64,000 bases of DNA from Botryllus schlosseri (lineage: Eukaryota): positions 21,144,001 through 21,208,000 of the forward strand of contig CM119371.1 of NCBI GenBank assembly GCA_051294905.1. Direction: 5' to 3'. Every line of letters begins with the position of its first letter. Positions within the stretch are counted from its first letter, which is position 1. Below the pieces are notes generated by a model. The model was not told the origin of the DNA. It saw nothing but the letters and a program-made list of their open reading frames with translations, and did no database searches. The position numbers and the translations under genes were made by a program. Shown here piece after piece: positions 11,909 to 25,500 of this stretch.

Positions 11909-14900
11909 TCATTTCCGACCCTCGCGATATTTTATCTCTCTGTCTAGCTGACACATCGCGCATGTCTGACAGCAGCAAAGCAGACAGCAGTCATCGCAAA
12001 TAGACCCCTGCAAGAGAATGAAATTGCTTTGTATGTGACTCAATCACTTTCGAATGAGCATTTTCAATGTTTCGTACCTGAATACCATGCTTCGCTCTGA
12101 ATGCGGAACGCATTGCCAGGTGTCCGCCTGGGACACACCCATACTGATCCCCGCTGCAACCAATGCAATAGTTTTCCCCCATTCTGGTTGCAATGCATCC
12201 GTAATAAAAGCAACGACAGAAGAATACGCACAGACCTGTGAAATACACACGGGCTGTAAAGTCGATCGATCACTCATATCCTCTGTTGTAAGAGCAGTTT
12301 CGTAATCCTGCATCGCTTCATGTAGGCCTACTTCAGATAGAACGTATAGTTTCTCGGTCTCGTTGATTGTCGAGGAATGTTATTAGCTTCATTTACTTTG
12401 ATTAGAGAGTTTTCTCTGATATCATATTCCGTAACGTATTTTGTGTTTCATTTCGCTTTATATCTTACGCCTGTAGAGACTCATTACCGCAGAAATGAAG
12501 GAAATACAGAATATAGTTACGTATTCGGTATAGTGTTACGCACATTATTCATTTTTGTCAAATCACATTCGTTACCACGGTTGTACATAATATTGGTATA
12601 TTCATTTTTTCATTTTATTTTGTTCTACGGTGTCCACACAGCACCGTTTTGACGACAGTTTTAATCGTGATGTCTATGACGATTGAAACTGAGTATGGAG
12701 CGTGGAGCTAGCGGTAACTTCTATCTTTGTTTTGTGTTGAATTCCACTGGATGCTTTCACCATGATGAAGAAAGGAAGTGATTACAAATTGCAATTAAAT
12801 GTGATCCCGATCAAAGATGTGGAGATTACTGTAATATTATGCTATTCCATTATTATTTTCGCGGCGTAGGATATTCCAGGTGTTTTTTGCGAACAAGAGC
12901 CTCATAAACTTTCCAATCAGCTGTACCAATGTCAAAATCACAAAGGAAACATGAGGAACACACGCTCGGCCTAAACATAGGCATGCTTACACGATGGAAT
13001 GTCATCGCAGCAGTCACATATGTTGCTGCTCCAGATTTCCATTGTGGGACGTTGGTTCATAACCGTCACATGTTGCGGCATCATCATTGCGGGCTGCTGT
13101 GTATACACCGTGGGTTGCTGCTGTGTATACATCGGGGGTTGCTGCGTCACCACCACCCCAGGGCTATCCAGAGTTGGATATTGTTTTAGATCATGAGTCT
13201 GAAATCGAACAAAAATACCATCAGACGTATTCCGCAAGGACATCATTGACTGGAATAACATACGGATTAACCATTGTGTATTTTTAGGACCCGACCGTTC
13301 CAAATTACTTAGCGTTTAAATGCGCTTTAAGGATATTCACCGCCGAATTAAAATAAGCGGTAAAAGTCCCATTAAGCATGGTTTAGCACTGGAATTAGAA
13401 CACTTTTCTCATTACCAATTAGGGGGTTTAGAGTTTGGTATCCGAAATTGCGCTCAGTTTTGCACATCACTAATGTAATAGAAGCTTCTGTTTTGTACTG
13501 AAACCAGACTTGCATGCGATCAACTCTTCCAGACTAAATAAGATCATTATTACTAGGAATAGCAAACTATTACCGGGCTGAAACCAATCATGTCAGTTGC
13601 AATGCGATACCGATATCAGAAGGTAAAAAGTACTAGTTCTTACTAGTTCTCAACGCTTACTGGCAAATCCTGTGGAACAATTACGCTGACCTGCAGGTCT
13701 TCTTGCCACCCAAATTTTTCGCTGTGTCACGGAATAAAAAAACTACCGCACTACTCATCAAATAGTTTACTATAAATTAGTGGTGCACAAAAATCGCAGT
13801 GCATTAACGGAGTATCAAAAAAGCGAATTCAACAAAACACACTTTTCAAACAAAACCAAAATCTTATGGCGAATATTCATCCCGAACCAGATGTGATTTA
13901 TGCTGTTAGCAGTTCAAAAAGGCGGGGGGGGGGGGTTCTTTCACATTTGAGCTGATCATATTATTGTTCGGTGGGAATTCAAAAGAGCTATGCCAATTCC
14001 TCATCTACAAATGAACGGCCTTTCAGAAGTGCCAGGTTGTGATTTCGAGCCCAACCTCGCCTGCGCACACTTTTACATACGACGTATATCAACAACATTA
14101 AAAATTTGGTCCCTGAAAGCGACTAATCAGTCTAGGGCAAGTTTTTGTTGCAGTTAAATCCGTGGAAAGTTGCATTTATTTTTGAAAAAAGTTGCAGGAG
14201 TTGCATTTGACCACATTTTGCTTGGTTGACTAAAAAAAAGGTCAACTTCCCAGATTGACTAAAAAAAAGCTTTAAAAGCCGGTGCTGCTTTACGGTGTTT
14301 CAGTCGAATTTGGCCGTTTATTTCACGAGAATCGAAAATACTTTCATGAAAAATCGATAAAGTTGCAAAATGTTGCAAAAAGTTGCATGAAAAAAATTCA
14401 CAAAAGTAGCAAAAAGCTGCACTATAAGATTCCTTCAAACAGCTTGAAACAGCATTCTACATATCTTACGAGTATTTAGGAAGCTGCCGGAAGCTGTAAA
14501 AAAGTTGCAAAAGTAGCAAAAACTTGCCCTACTAATCACTAATTCTCTGTCAGTAAAGATGACCAAAACGGGGTTTATCTGGGCTCCTCCTCGCCAGCGC
14601 ATCCGAGTAAGCGGTGTCTTATTAAAGCCAGGAAGTGGACAGTGCTACAAGTCGGCAGCGACGAAATAAAGATGAAGAAAAGTGGTCCAAGTGTAAATGA
14701 AAACATACAACGGTAGTCAACAAATACCATGACTACCCCAATCAAACATACAAGAATGGCCTAGACGGCCGTATCGCTACAAATCATACGTATGTATTGT
14801 ACAGTGGTCCCTAATCTTTACGAACCCACGGAACAATCATGATAGTCTTCAGACCTTCGCGGATCCCCAAATTTACCACTATACATATCTACCTACACAT

Positions 14901-16420
14901 CTTATCTACATTGCTACAGATTACAGTGTGTGACATAGGGTGTTAAACGAGTTCAACCATTAAAATATATTTTAAAAAATAATAAGACCATGCTGTTATA
15001 AGCACCATAACATGCTTTTATTATTAAATAATAATAATAATAAAATGAAATGAAAATCAGTGTGACTTCTGCAAATTCCTTTCAGGTACCATATCAGAAA
15101 TGTGTGACTGTACCTTATAAGATGTGGTCTTATCGTTTGGTGTTCAACGCCACAGCGTGATACCAATTGCCTAATTATATATGAGCTTGTAAATATTGGA
15201 GACTCGACTCGACTCGAGCTCAACTCGAGTCACGATTTTCTGATGAAACGATTTGACTCGAGAGATTTTTTCAAAATACGGAAATGACTCGATTCGAGTC
15301 GAGTTAATCTGTGCATTGACTCGAATTGAACTCAAGTCATTAGGCATGACTCGAACCAAGTCATATGACTCGACACTCAGACAGCCAAGACCGACATTTC
15401 ATTGTAATTTAGAAGAATAGTAAAGTAACCACACTATTGGGATTTGAAATATTGGTTCTGGTACTTTAAAATGCGACCTAAAACTGATAAAAGTGAGAGA
15501 ATTAGAATATTAATAATGTGAACCATTCGTTATCACCAAAATGAGTTATAAAAGTGGGGTTAACAAGAATTTAACTGCAAACTGAGCAGTCAACACAATG
15601 ATTTGGACTTGGACTCGAGTCATAATACCCAAGACTCGGACTCGCCCCTCTGCTATCTGATTTGGACTATGACTTGAGTCGGTGGTGAGTTGAAGATGAC
15701 ACGACTTGACTCGAGTCAAAACTATAAGAGTGAGATTGACTTGTGACTCGATTACAACTCTACTCAAAAGTAATGATTCAACTAATGCTCGGGCCGAATT
15801 TCCTTCAACCCATGATGGCGAAGTCCAGCGCATAATCACACATCATATGCATAAGTAGAATCTCTCTCTTGAACTCTTTGGAACCCCTACAGTACCGTGG
15901 AACACCGGCTAAGAACCAGTGGTCTTGAGTATGTGATTTGACATCTAAGGAACTATTGACACATGGTTCAGCGAACCCCAGGTGTTCCGTGTACCACGTT
16001 CTGTGTACCACAGCTCTGAGCATTTGGTAGTAAGTCTACCTGCTGTGATTATAGCCGTAAGTCGAACAACGATTAGACTTTCGTTTGGGAAGAGTCTCAG
16101 TGTGCTAGATTCTGATATGAACACCGACAAATCCATATAAAAACATCGATCTTTCTGAGACAAACAGAGGTGCGAGCAATGAGCATGCAATTTGATGGCC
16201 TAAGTCAGATTTAAATTCATGGCTTGATTTTATTTCATCCATATATGGATTTGGTCAAGGGGGCACTTTTAATAATTGTTTAGTCTGTATTCGGCGCGGA
16301 TTAATGAATTGGAATTAGAGTAATATAAATGTAGTAGTACGAAACGAAGTTGCAAATAATTACATCAAGGCCTCTATAGGCTATATAAAATATTGCATAT
16401 GATATACTCACTTCCGCCAT
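11909..16420 (-). CDS. PLAC8/cornifelin-family cysteine-rich protein, copy 1 (4 coding exons, 157 aa)
   Basis: Exons 16420-16412 (ATGGCGGAA|gtgagt), 13198-12991, 12235-12078 and 12007-11909. All introns are GT-AG with consistent phases 0/1/0. Product: MAE-THDLKQYP...TQQP...WSSNICDCCDDIPSC-LCVFFCRCF...MGENYC...LAMRSAFRAKHGIQ-GSICDDCCLLCCCQTCAMCQLDREIKYREGRK*, the PLAC8 domain signature. The first micro-exon is the least certain. Confidence 0.9.
14133..14531. mobile_element. hAT-type MITE in intron
   Basis: TIR TAGGGCAAGTTT...AAACTTGCCCTA; internal aaagttgca repeats; imperfect flanking CTAATCA(G/C). Confidence 0.7.
14570..14795 (+). mobile_element. 3' fragment of the SINE family seen at 18746
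   Basis: Shares ctgggctcctc..cgcc, gtgctacaagtcggcagc and ggccta(g/a)acggc with 18746-19117. Confidence 0.55.
15195..15785. repeat. GACTCGAGTC-repeat DNA-transposon remnant
   Basis: Two clusters of gactcga/tcgagtc motifs, like the subterminal repeats of 31014-33778 and 48203-49192. Confidence 0.6.
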
Positions 16421-18745
16421 CCGTAGTCAGTCTAAATACCAGTTGTTCTATGCTGCTAATTAAGCAATATCGTCAAAAATGAAAAAAATAGACCACGCCT
16501 CAACAGAAGATATTACAGAAAACCATGGTGCAGTTCCTACGCTCAATTCTTAAAGATTCCAAAATAAATGGAATCGTAGAATGAGAACCGTCTATTTTTC
16601 CCGGTCGCTTCACATAGGCGGTACTGTCAGGTAGACACGTCAGCTCTGCCACCCATACTGATTGGCGTAAATGAGTTGCATACAATCGCATGTATGAAGA
16701 CATACACAACTAAACTGATTTCCAGTGGCAATGTCCTAATTCTGCATGACGCCTGCATTTATCTTCGACTATCGAGGAATCAAAGTCCTACTTGTTATAT
16801 ATACTACGAGATGTAATAGTTGGTCATGAAATGATTATCGACATCATGTCCGGCAGAATTCAATGGAAATTATCTAGCTTCACTACCGAACTGAGATTAT
16901 CATATTGGAAGCTTATTTCACGCTGATACGTGAGCCCGCACCTTACTAAAGATGGGTCATAACATACAACTGCGGCCTCATAAATTGGATAGTGGATTTG
17001 TCCGACGCATTCCAATCCTACCTACGTCGTGAACCCCTGTATTACAATGCGGCAACAATGGCTGACGGTGGCGGTGTCCAAGAACGATTCGTTTCATTGT
17101 GATGCTCACAAATATGTGCAATGTAAATATGCAGTAAAATATCACGGTTAAAGATGTGGAAGAGCTCTTGGCTACCTGGTTTTTCGGTGACAAAATAAAA
17201 ACAATGCATAGAATTGTATCAGGTTGTTAACTTGATGATGATCTTTCAGAAGCGAAAGGTTTGTGAGATTTTTTTACAACAAATTATGCCCGAGATTCCA
17301 GACATGAATGCATTGTTGATCGGCCAAGGTTATAACCAAACGGCCTGGAAGAAGCTTTCTATATTGGCTGATAATGGACTTAGGTTGACTAACAAATTCG
17401 CAAGACGTATAGCGGTAGAACCGGGTGGTGTCAATATCGAGCATGGAACTCAATTTCTCGTAGTTCTCGTAATTGGCATTACGCAGGGGAATTCTTCACC
17501 GAGTTATAGTAGCTTATATGCAAACTACTCCCACTTCTTTCAGCTGGCACCCTGCCAAATTATTAGGCTTAAAAAATACGTTTCTACTTCAATAGCAATC
17601 TTCAACATTCAGAGTCAAAAAGTAGTTTGCTATAAAACACATTGCTATCACTTCATAGGATTTCTATTTCGAGATGATGATTGGTAACTAACTTGAATGT
17701 TGATGCGAAAATGATAGGCTACAACTACAATCAGGATGTGGCGCACGCGACTGGCCGTATTATACACGTGACATACGACTCTCCATAACATACGCGCGCT
17801 ATCCATTTGTGCACGTAGCTACTGTCCATACTGTAACAACCGTTCATGTTGAAAAATCATCAGATTTAGGATCTTGATCCGTAATTGGATATAAAATTCC
17901 AATGTTGACCCGAGAAAGTAAATTTGGCATTTTAAAAAGTAAAGTACTTTTTAAAGATTTTACTCTTACTTTAGATGGTAAGTAACACTGTAATTTGGAA
18001 TCTAGTAAAATATTCGTATTTGTGAGAGGAATTACGGTATTTTCACGAAACGAATGTCATTATTATGCAGGTGACTGTCCCTGCTGTGCAGTCAATCGCA
18101 CAAAACCTCGGTATCGGAATCAGACCAGTATACTTCGGCATGAAATTTTTATATTAGTTTACTTGTCACTGTACAAGTGATATATTGTAAACCAGTTGTT
18201 TGCAAAGTATGCGCCAGCGCCCACTTGGGGCGTTCGCCAGCGTGAAGGGGGCTCTGGCCATGAAATGTGTGAGTGGGGTCGCTAGCTATAACATTGATCG
18301 GTAGGGAGCGCTGAGTGAAAATGGGGTGACCTATAGGTTTAGAATGCAACTGCTGCGTAGTTTAGAAAGGATTTATCAATAAAGCATCTGATTACGCAGT
18401 GAAAGTGAAAATAGATCCAGTCATGACAATGTAAGATCACCCGTCTATCAGCTGTACCGAAAAGTTCATTGGTATATGACAATGTTAATCTTGCCATCAA
18501 TGGACTAATTCAGCAGTCAGTAGAATTCCCAAAAATCGTGGTTCATCCTGTGCCGTGAGAACTACGAAGTAATTAAGCAACTATTTCTCACTGCAAGGTG
18601 TGATGGCTTTTTTCAGAGAAAATGTCTTGCGGGATTTTAATCTCTGTGTCAAACGATCGTGTATTTTACGCAGTGCTGCTACCGTTGCATCCGAGACACG
18701 GAGTTCAGGTTGTGAGAAACGATATCGCTTCCACTTGACGGGCAT

Positions 18746-19117
18746 GGGGAAGCGAGTGGCGCAGTTGGGTAAACACTGCAGTCACGACACCAATGGACGT
18801 GGGTTCGAATCACGGTTCTGACCCACTTCTACGTGTCGGAGGTTTCTCTGGGCTCCTCATCGCCGACCTCACTGCAACTACAGTGCATTGAAAAGCCCAG
18901 ACTGAAAGTGAGCCGTGCTACAAGTCGGCAGCAATGACCTCGATGGGGACGCTTGGGAGCGAGAGAGAATGAAGAATGACTGCGAGAGAGATTGAAAGAC
19001 GTTCCCAAGAATACTAAAAGCAAAGACTTCTGAACATTATGAAATTCGTGTCGTGGAGCACAAGGCCTAAACGGCGACAAGCTCCACTGTGTTGTACCCA
19101 TTAATACATACATACAT
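18746..19117 (+). mobile_element. Full-length tRNA-derived SINE
   Basis: A-box TGGCGCAGTTGG (18757), B-box GGTTCGAATC (18802), (TACA)n tail, perfect 13-bp TSD ACTTGACGGGCAT at 18733-18745 and 19118-19130. Confidence 0.9.
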
Positions 19118-20330
19118 ACTTGACGGGCATATTTACCAAAATTTATGAGTAGGAAATATCTATTCTTAGTAATGACGAAACTTAATAAAAGTGAAAATGT
19201 CACGGTCTGGATTCAATTCTAAGCCTGTGATATTTCACCGTTAGCTTGCATGAGCTAAACCGGTCCAACTCGAAAATCCGATTTTGATGAAGAAACATTA
19301 TTAAATCATCGCAGAAAATTACACGAGGATATGGGGATTATATAACAGAATATATGTCCCAATTAGAATTTCCTCACCGGATAATCAATCCATTGTGTAC
19401 AGTTTCCGAGCATGAAATGATCGAAGAGCTGATTGTTTCCTAGTTTGGAACAATTTAGAGTTCAACCCAAAGTGTCAATATTTCCAATCAACGTTTTGGA
19501 TATGCCATTGAATCAAATTGAAATTCGACTGGAGTCGGGTTGACTTTTTTGTCGTTGCCGGTCCCCGCTCAATGTTTGAGAAAACTTGTATTCAGAGTCA
19601 TAACCAAGTTCCTGAATCACAGCAGATATAGTGACTGTTGAACATCCCACAAAATTATCTTGACAGTATGGAACGTGAAGTCTGCAAATCTTAGAACGAA
19701 ACTGTTCTTATCAAACCTGAAACCAAATATGACAAGGATTATGATATTAATTCACCATCTTCATCATTATTAGCTGTAATGAATGCAAAACCACTTTCGT
19801 TTATGGTGTAGGCGTGCAGAGGGGATCCAGGGATGGCTGACACTACAATCGTTGTCCAGGGATGATATAGCTCCAAAAGGTCTGGGATAAATTGTTTGTA
19901 AACGAAGTCAAAAATATATATCTTCGTGAATATCACCTTGTACTTGAGCGATCCCATTCATGTATTTTGGTTGGTGTGAAAAGATGTATAGGGATATGGT
20001 ATGGCCGTATCATAATATACTTTCGGGATGTATTGATATACTGCAGGAGCTTTGGTTAAAATTAAAAAACGTTAGGATTGTGATTGATCATGGAGGGCTT
20101 TGCGAACCCAATTTGACTCGCGAACCGTAGGGGAGATCAGGGCAATTGTAACACTTTTTGTATTTTCGAACATTACATGTTTTTCTCGTGGATATTTCAT
20201 AGCCAAACTTTTATGTAAAGAAGCCAACAAATCGATAGTTAATATAAAAACTAAAATGGAACTCAATCAATAATAATCAATCATTGAAATATTTGGTCGC
20301 GAAAATCGTCGCTCAAATGCTACAATCGCA

Positions 20331-21955
20331 CCGTACCCCGGAGAAATTGTTACGCCCATGCGGGGCAAATGTAACAGTGCTGTTTATAACTAAAAACAAA
20401 CGAAATGAACAACAATAATAGGAGCACATATTGTACTATTGAATTAAACTAAAAAATAAAAGTTTGAACGCTTCTAGGTTACGCCCCACCGTATTTTTGG
20501 CATCTGAATAAATTATCATCCTTCGTGCCTTCTGCATGAGCTCAAAGTGTACAAGAACCATATTCATTCCATCATCTCCCTACACATATTCGACCTCTTC
20601 TAACAAGGTGCTGTAGTTCAGAGTACATAATGGGTTGCGCATTCGGTTCTCTGCGAATGGTGCGGAATTGACCTGGCTAAAATAGCTTTGTTGAATGGGT
20701 CGATGATAGTGTAGCAAAACGAGGACACGACATTGTGTTGCATCAAAGCTAATGGTATTCTTCTGTTCCGTACAAAATTAACATAAATTGTTCACACCAA
20801 ATGACGAAATGTAAGTGGGCCATGCTCAAAGTCAGGGGATGAGGATTCCGTCGTTGGCAACTTCTTAAGTCACCATTGAAGATCGACACACAAAAAATCG
20901 ATCAACAGGAGATAGGGTAGTGGAATCACGGAAATAACCGGACCCTAAGATTCACATCACCACTTCTGTATGGCCGTTCCAATAGAGGATCATGTTAGAA
21001 TTGGTATGACCAGGTAGAGTCTGTTCTGGTATTGGACTTATGGCTGTTGCAGGATTCCTCTGCAGTAGGGTTATACCAGCATATGAACACAGATATTCAG
21101 AACTCAAAAGATATTGTAACGGGCAAAAGTAACAGAGTCTTACAATTGCGCCTGACACGCTCGACCATGATTAATGTCTCAGGATGGTGCATTCCCGGCG
21201 ACGCAAGTCCTAGTCTCCCTATGATCCAGAGATGAGCATGGATTAGGATTAGGTTTTGAAAAAACAGGATTTGTGAAATTTTGTCGGATTTGGATTGGAT
21301 TTGGATTAGGCATTTTTTTCTGCACGGATTAGGATTTGGATTGGATTTACCTATTTTATGGGAGATTGAAATGTCGTGTGGCGAATGGCGACAAACTTTA
21401 TTAAGATCAGTTATTAATGTACTTATGGTTACTAGGTTATCTTGAATCAAATGAATCGTTGGTTGTGAAAGAAAATTTTCGAATCCCTCCATTGCATAAA
21501 TTAGTTTTTTTCTGAATTTCCAGTTGGAATTGGATTAGGATTGGACATGGACTTAAATATGAAAAAGGTATGGATTAGGATTTGGATTTGGATTTGAAGG
21601 TTCGGATATGGATTGGATAAGGACATAGAAATTTCAAATCCGCTCATCTCTGCTATGATCACGCTAGACTATGATAATATTGTTCCAGCTACATATATTG
21701 CATTGTAACCACTTGAGGTTTTATTCTTCAGAACAAATTATTACGTATCAGAAAATATTTACTAAAGGGTCCTAAATTTCGTTTTTTTAAATTATTCCGG
21801 GGTTTCGTGTCGTAGCTCAACATGACTTCAGGTATATTAGAAGACATACCTACCGCATGTGCACTCAAAATATGAAGGCTATTTCATCCTATACTAGCGG
21901 GGAGGTCGATTCTTACATTTGCCCCGTGTTACATTTGTTCCCGGTCTCCTACCGG
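20331..21955 (-). mobile_element. Decayed pogo/Tigger-like DNA transposon
   Basis: Imperfect inverted ends share CGGGGCAAATGTAA. Minus-strand relics: MILYWNGH (resembles the DDE_1 LxxDGH motif) and WNEYGSCTL*AHAEGTKDDNLFRCQKY (degenerate C-terminal PHD finger). Confidence 0.5.
21227..21652. mobile_element. hAT-type MITE nested in pogo-like element
   Basis: TIR CAGAGATGAGC...GCTCATCTCTG; 8-bp TSD CTATGATC; GGATT(A/T) subterminal repeats. Confidence 0.9.
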
Positions 21956-22567
21956 TAAACCGTTGGAAACATTCCACAATATTATTTCCAAATATATATA
22001 TATACCTGTAATTTCAAGTGCTATAGGCCTACTTCGTCGTCAAGCATCTGAAGATATATAATTTATATTCGCTCGGATTCATTCTAGCAACACCTTACAT
22101 TCCAAGTAATGTAATTGACAGGAATAAAGTGAGTAACAGATTAAATACAGCTATCAGAAACTGTCAAATGTGATCCTTGGCCACAGTTCACGAGTATAGA
22201 TGTGAAAAAATTGCGCATATTACTTCGGTATTGCTTTTGTGCAATATTTCTGTAAATAAGCGTTACTTTATCTAAATTATTAACCCATACGACTTATAGT
22301 ATTTATTTAGCATGCATTATAGGCCTACTCGGTGAGCAATATTTTCAGCGACATGCCACAATAACCAGTTATGGATTCTTTTAGTGTTTCAGACAGGAGC
22401 ATCGAAGCAAGTTTAGAGAGCATGTATAATGCAATAAATATTTGTATCCACGGATTAAATCCAACGACACAAACTGAAAACATGAATATAAGCGCGATTC
22501 TTTGTTGTATGAGAGCTTGCAATTTCCTTGTTGGATAGTCTACGTTAACTTGGTAAAGTTGTGCTTT

Positions 22568-25500
22568 TCATTGACGTCCCTCGCGATAGTTTATCTCCCG
22601 ATCCAGCTGACACATTGTACAAGGCTGACAGAAGAAAAGTAGGCAGCAGTCATCGCAAATAGATCCCTGAAACGAAAAAAATAGATATTTCGTTTTATGC
22701 GACTAAAGAACTTTTTACGGGGTGTATCCATAGTGACGAACCTGAATTCCATGTTTGGCTCGGAATGACGCGCGCATAGCCAGGTGACCACCTGGGACAC
22801 ATCCAGATGGGTCCCCACTGCATCCGACGCAGCAGTCCTCTCCCATTCTCTTTGCGATGCACCCGTAATAAAAACAACGGCAGAAATATACGCATAAACC
22901 TGTTAATATTTGTGCGGCTTTAAAGTTTCAATCAAAATATAATAGCGACTGCTGTGGTGACTGCTTACGGTTAATCGATTGACGGTATATCGGCCAGCGC
23001 TACGTATGCAATAGGCCAGTGGTTCTCAACCTTCTTTTAGACAAGCCCCCTCCACCCCCCTTTAGAATAGTTATTATGACTGTTGATGAGAGGATTTCAA
23101 AATATGAAATTCAGTCTATATAGAGAGAATCCAGCTTGAATTGGAGGTAAATCGCACAGAGCGCAAAATATTGTTCCATTTGACCACTTGTTCGCGCCCC
23201 CTACAGATGCTTTCACGCCCCTCCCCCCCCGGTTGAGAACCACTGCAATAGGCTATAAGCTTTAACACAAACGAGTGTGCTATACGTGCACACTAATGAA
23301 GAAATGAAGTTTAAAAGGCAACATGATCTGTTATCGAATCACCGGAATCTCTCAGTACAATAGAGGTTTATTCCCCATGTTTTACAAGTAATAAATTCAC
23401 GCTTAGGAGTACAGAACTTCATGACACATTTGAATAAAATATTCATTTTATTCCCGAAGCTATTCGGCTGACCCTCGTCAGGGGAATATCGTCAGCAATA
23501 ATGCGAGGATTCGAATAACTATGTTCAGCAACAATATATATCGCTAATTATGACGTCACACGGAAAATATACAAAGTTAGGAAAACCGCGATTCTTTTAC
23601 CTTCGCTGATGAGATGCGTCGCTCACAGCTATCCGCGCGCGATAATTTCCTAGGCTCATTCGACATAAAGAGCCTTTTCACCAACGTACCACTAAATGAG
23701 ACGTTGAATATTTGCGCTGATGCTCTATATAACGGTAAGCTAATACCCCCTCCTTTCTCGAGAGCTACCTTCATGGAATTGATGAGAAACGCTGTGTGTT
23801 CTGTTGAATTTAGTTTCAACAATATCATGTTCCGACAATCTGATGGTGTAGCAATGGGATCACCATTGGGTCCTATTCTAGCCAATATATTTGTAGGATT
23901 TCATGAAGATAAGCTCTTCTCTTCTTCTATTAAACCGCCCTTATCATACCATCGCTATGTCGATGACACGTTCGTGATATTCGATAATGAATCTGACTGT
24001 GATACTTTCCTGGGAAATTTAAACAAACTACATCCAGCATTGCAATTCACGTCGGAAAAAGAAATTAACAATCGCCTGGCATTCCTTGACGTTCTTGTGG
24101 AGAAACGGGATGGAAAATTCCTTACCTCCGTTTATAGGAAGCCCACATTTTCGGGTCATTACCTTCGATGGAGCTCTTTCAGCCCAAAAAGTCGTAAAAT
24201 CAATTTAATCGGCACCTTGGTTCACCGGGCGTTGATGATTTGTTCCGAGGTCAAATTGAATAATGAACTTGACTACATCCGTAAAATTTTCATTGACAAC
24301 GGATACCCAGAGTATGTTATTAAGCGGACAATAAGTAAAAAGTTAAGTCATTGGAATGATACCAAACCAGAAGAAACCCCCGAAGTAATTTCTCGTGAAA
24401 ATAGGGATGTGTACATTCATCTTCCTTGGATTGGCCCGGTTTCTTATCGATTTGAGACACAGATAACTTCAGCAGTCTACCGCTGTTATCCAGCGGTGAA
24501 AACCAATGTTGTTTTTACCACGATACCAATGTTTCCTGCAACCCGAAAGGACGTTCTCCCGGCTATAAAACAAAGCAACGTAATTTATGAATTCAAGTGC
24601 CACTGCGATTGTCGGTACGTAGGGAGAACTTCCAAACGGTTGCAGGACCGTATCAAAGAACACATTCCACCATCTGTCAAATCTTATATCTCAAATTCGC
24701 AGCTTAACAATCCGCTTGTTCTTGAACATTACCAGGCCATGGGTCAAAAATCTTCTATAGGCAAACATTTACTAGAAAATCATACGTGTGCTGCTAACTA
24801 TCACGAGGACATGTTCTCTATATTGGCTAAGGGTCGCAATTTATTTCATTTGTCTGTTCTTGAGTCCACCATCATCACTATGAGCAAACCTAGTCTATGC
24901 CAACAGAAAGAATTTGTGTATCATTTGAAAATCGCGCATTAACTTGTTTTGCTTCGCTATCTCCATGCCAACGCTTCAGTTCTCTCGTTTTCCTAACTTT
25001 GTATATTTTCCGTGTGACGTCATAATTAGCGATATATATTGTTGCTGAACATAGTTATTCGAATCCTCGCATTATTGCTGACGATATTCCCCTGACGAGG
25101 GTCAGCCGAAAAGCTTCGGGAATAAAATGAATATTTTATTCAAATGTGTCATGAAGTAATAAATTGTTATCAACGTTGTAAGATTTTCATACGGGAAGAA
25201 TAAATATTTGAAAAATCGAGCGGAGGTCTCAAACAAGTGGCAAGCGAGAGCATTTTGTGTGGCCCGCGTCGGTATTTTGGATTTCAAGTGATCGACAATA
25301 TTTAACTCCGCATCACGTCACTTCAAAACTACTCCTAAAACTTGAAAATACACAATCAATTTCAATATCGCCCCACTTTAGGTAGGTTTATCAGCTGCCA
25401 TGCTTTGGAAGATGTACTATTCCGTCGCATTACCTGTTCATTACAATAAAACATGATCCGCTGATTATTCGTGACTGAAAATTGTGATTTTGGCTTATGC

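Larger units (their letters stand above)
23398..25157 (+). mobile_element. Penelope-like retroelement, 5'-truncated, with inverted pseudo-LTRs
   Basis: RT-GIY-YIG ORF flanked by 171-bp inverted repeats 23416-23586 / 24987-25157 (1 mismatch). AAGTAATAAATT is duplicated at 23386-23397 and 25154-25165 (candidate TSD). Confidence 0.93.

Noticed and set aside
17214..17687. 157-aa plus-strand ORF
   Set aside because: Non-ATG start, no recognisable motif; more likely the shadow of a decayed minus-strand frame.
23614..24942. Bacterial retron, group II intron or DGR reverse transcriptase
   Set aside because: C-terminal GIY-YIG, pseudo-LTRs and hammerhead identify a Penelope-like element.
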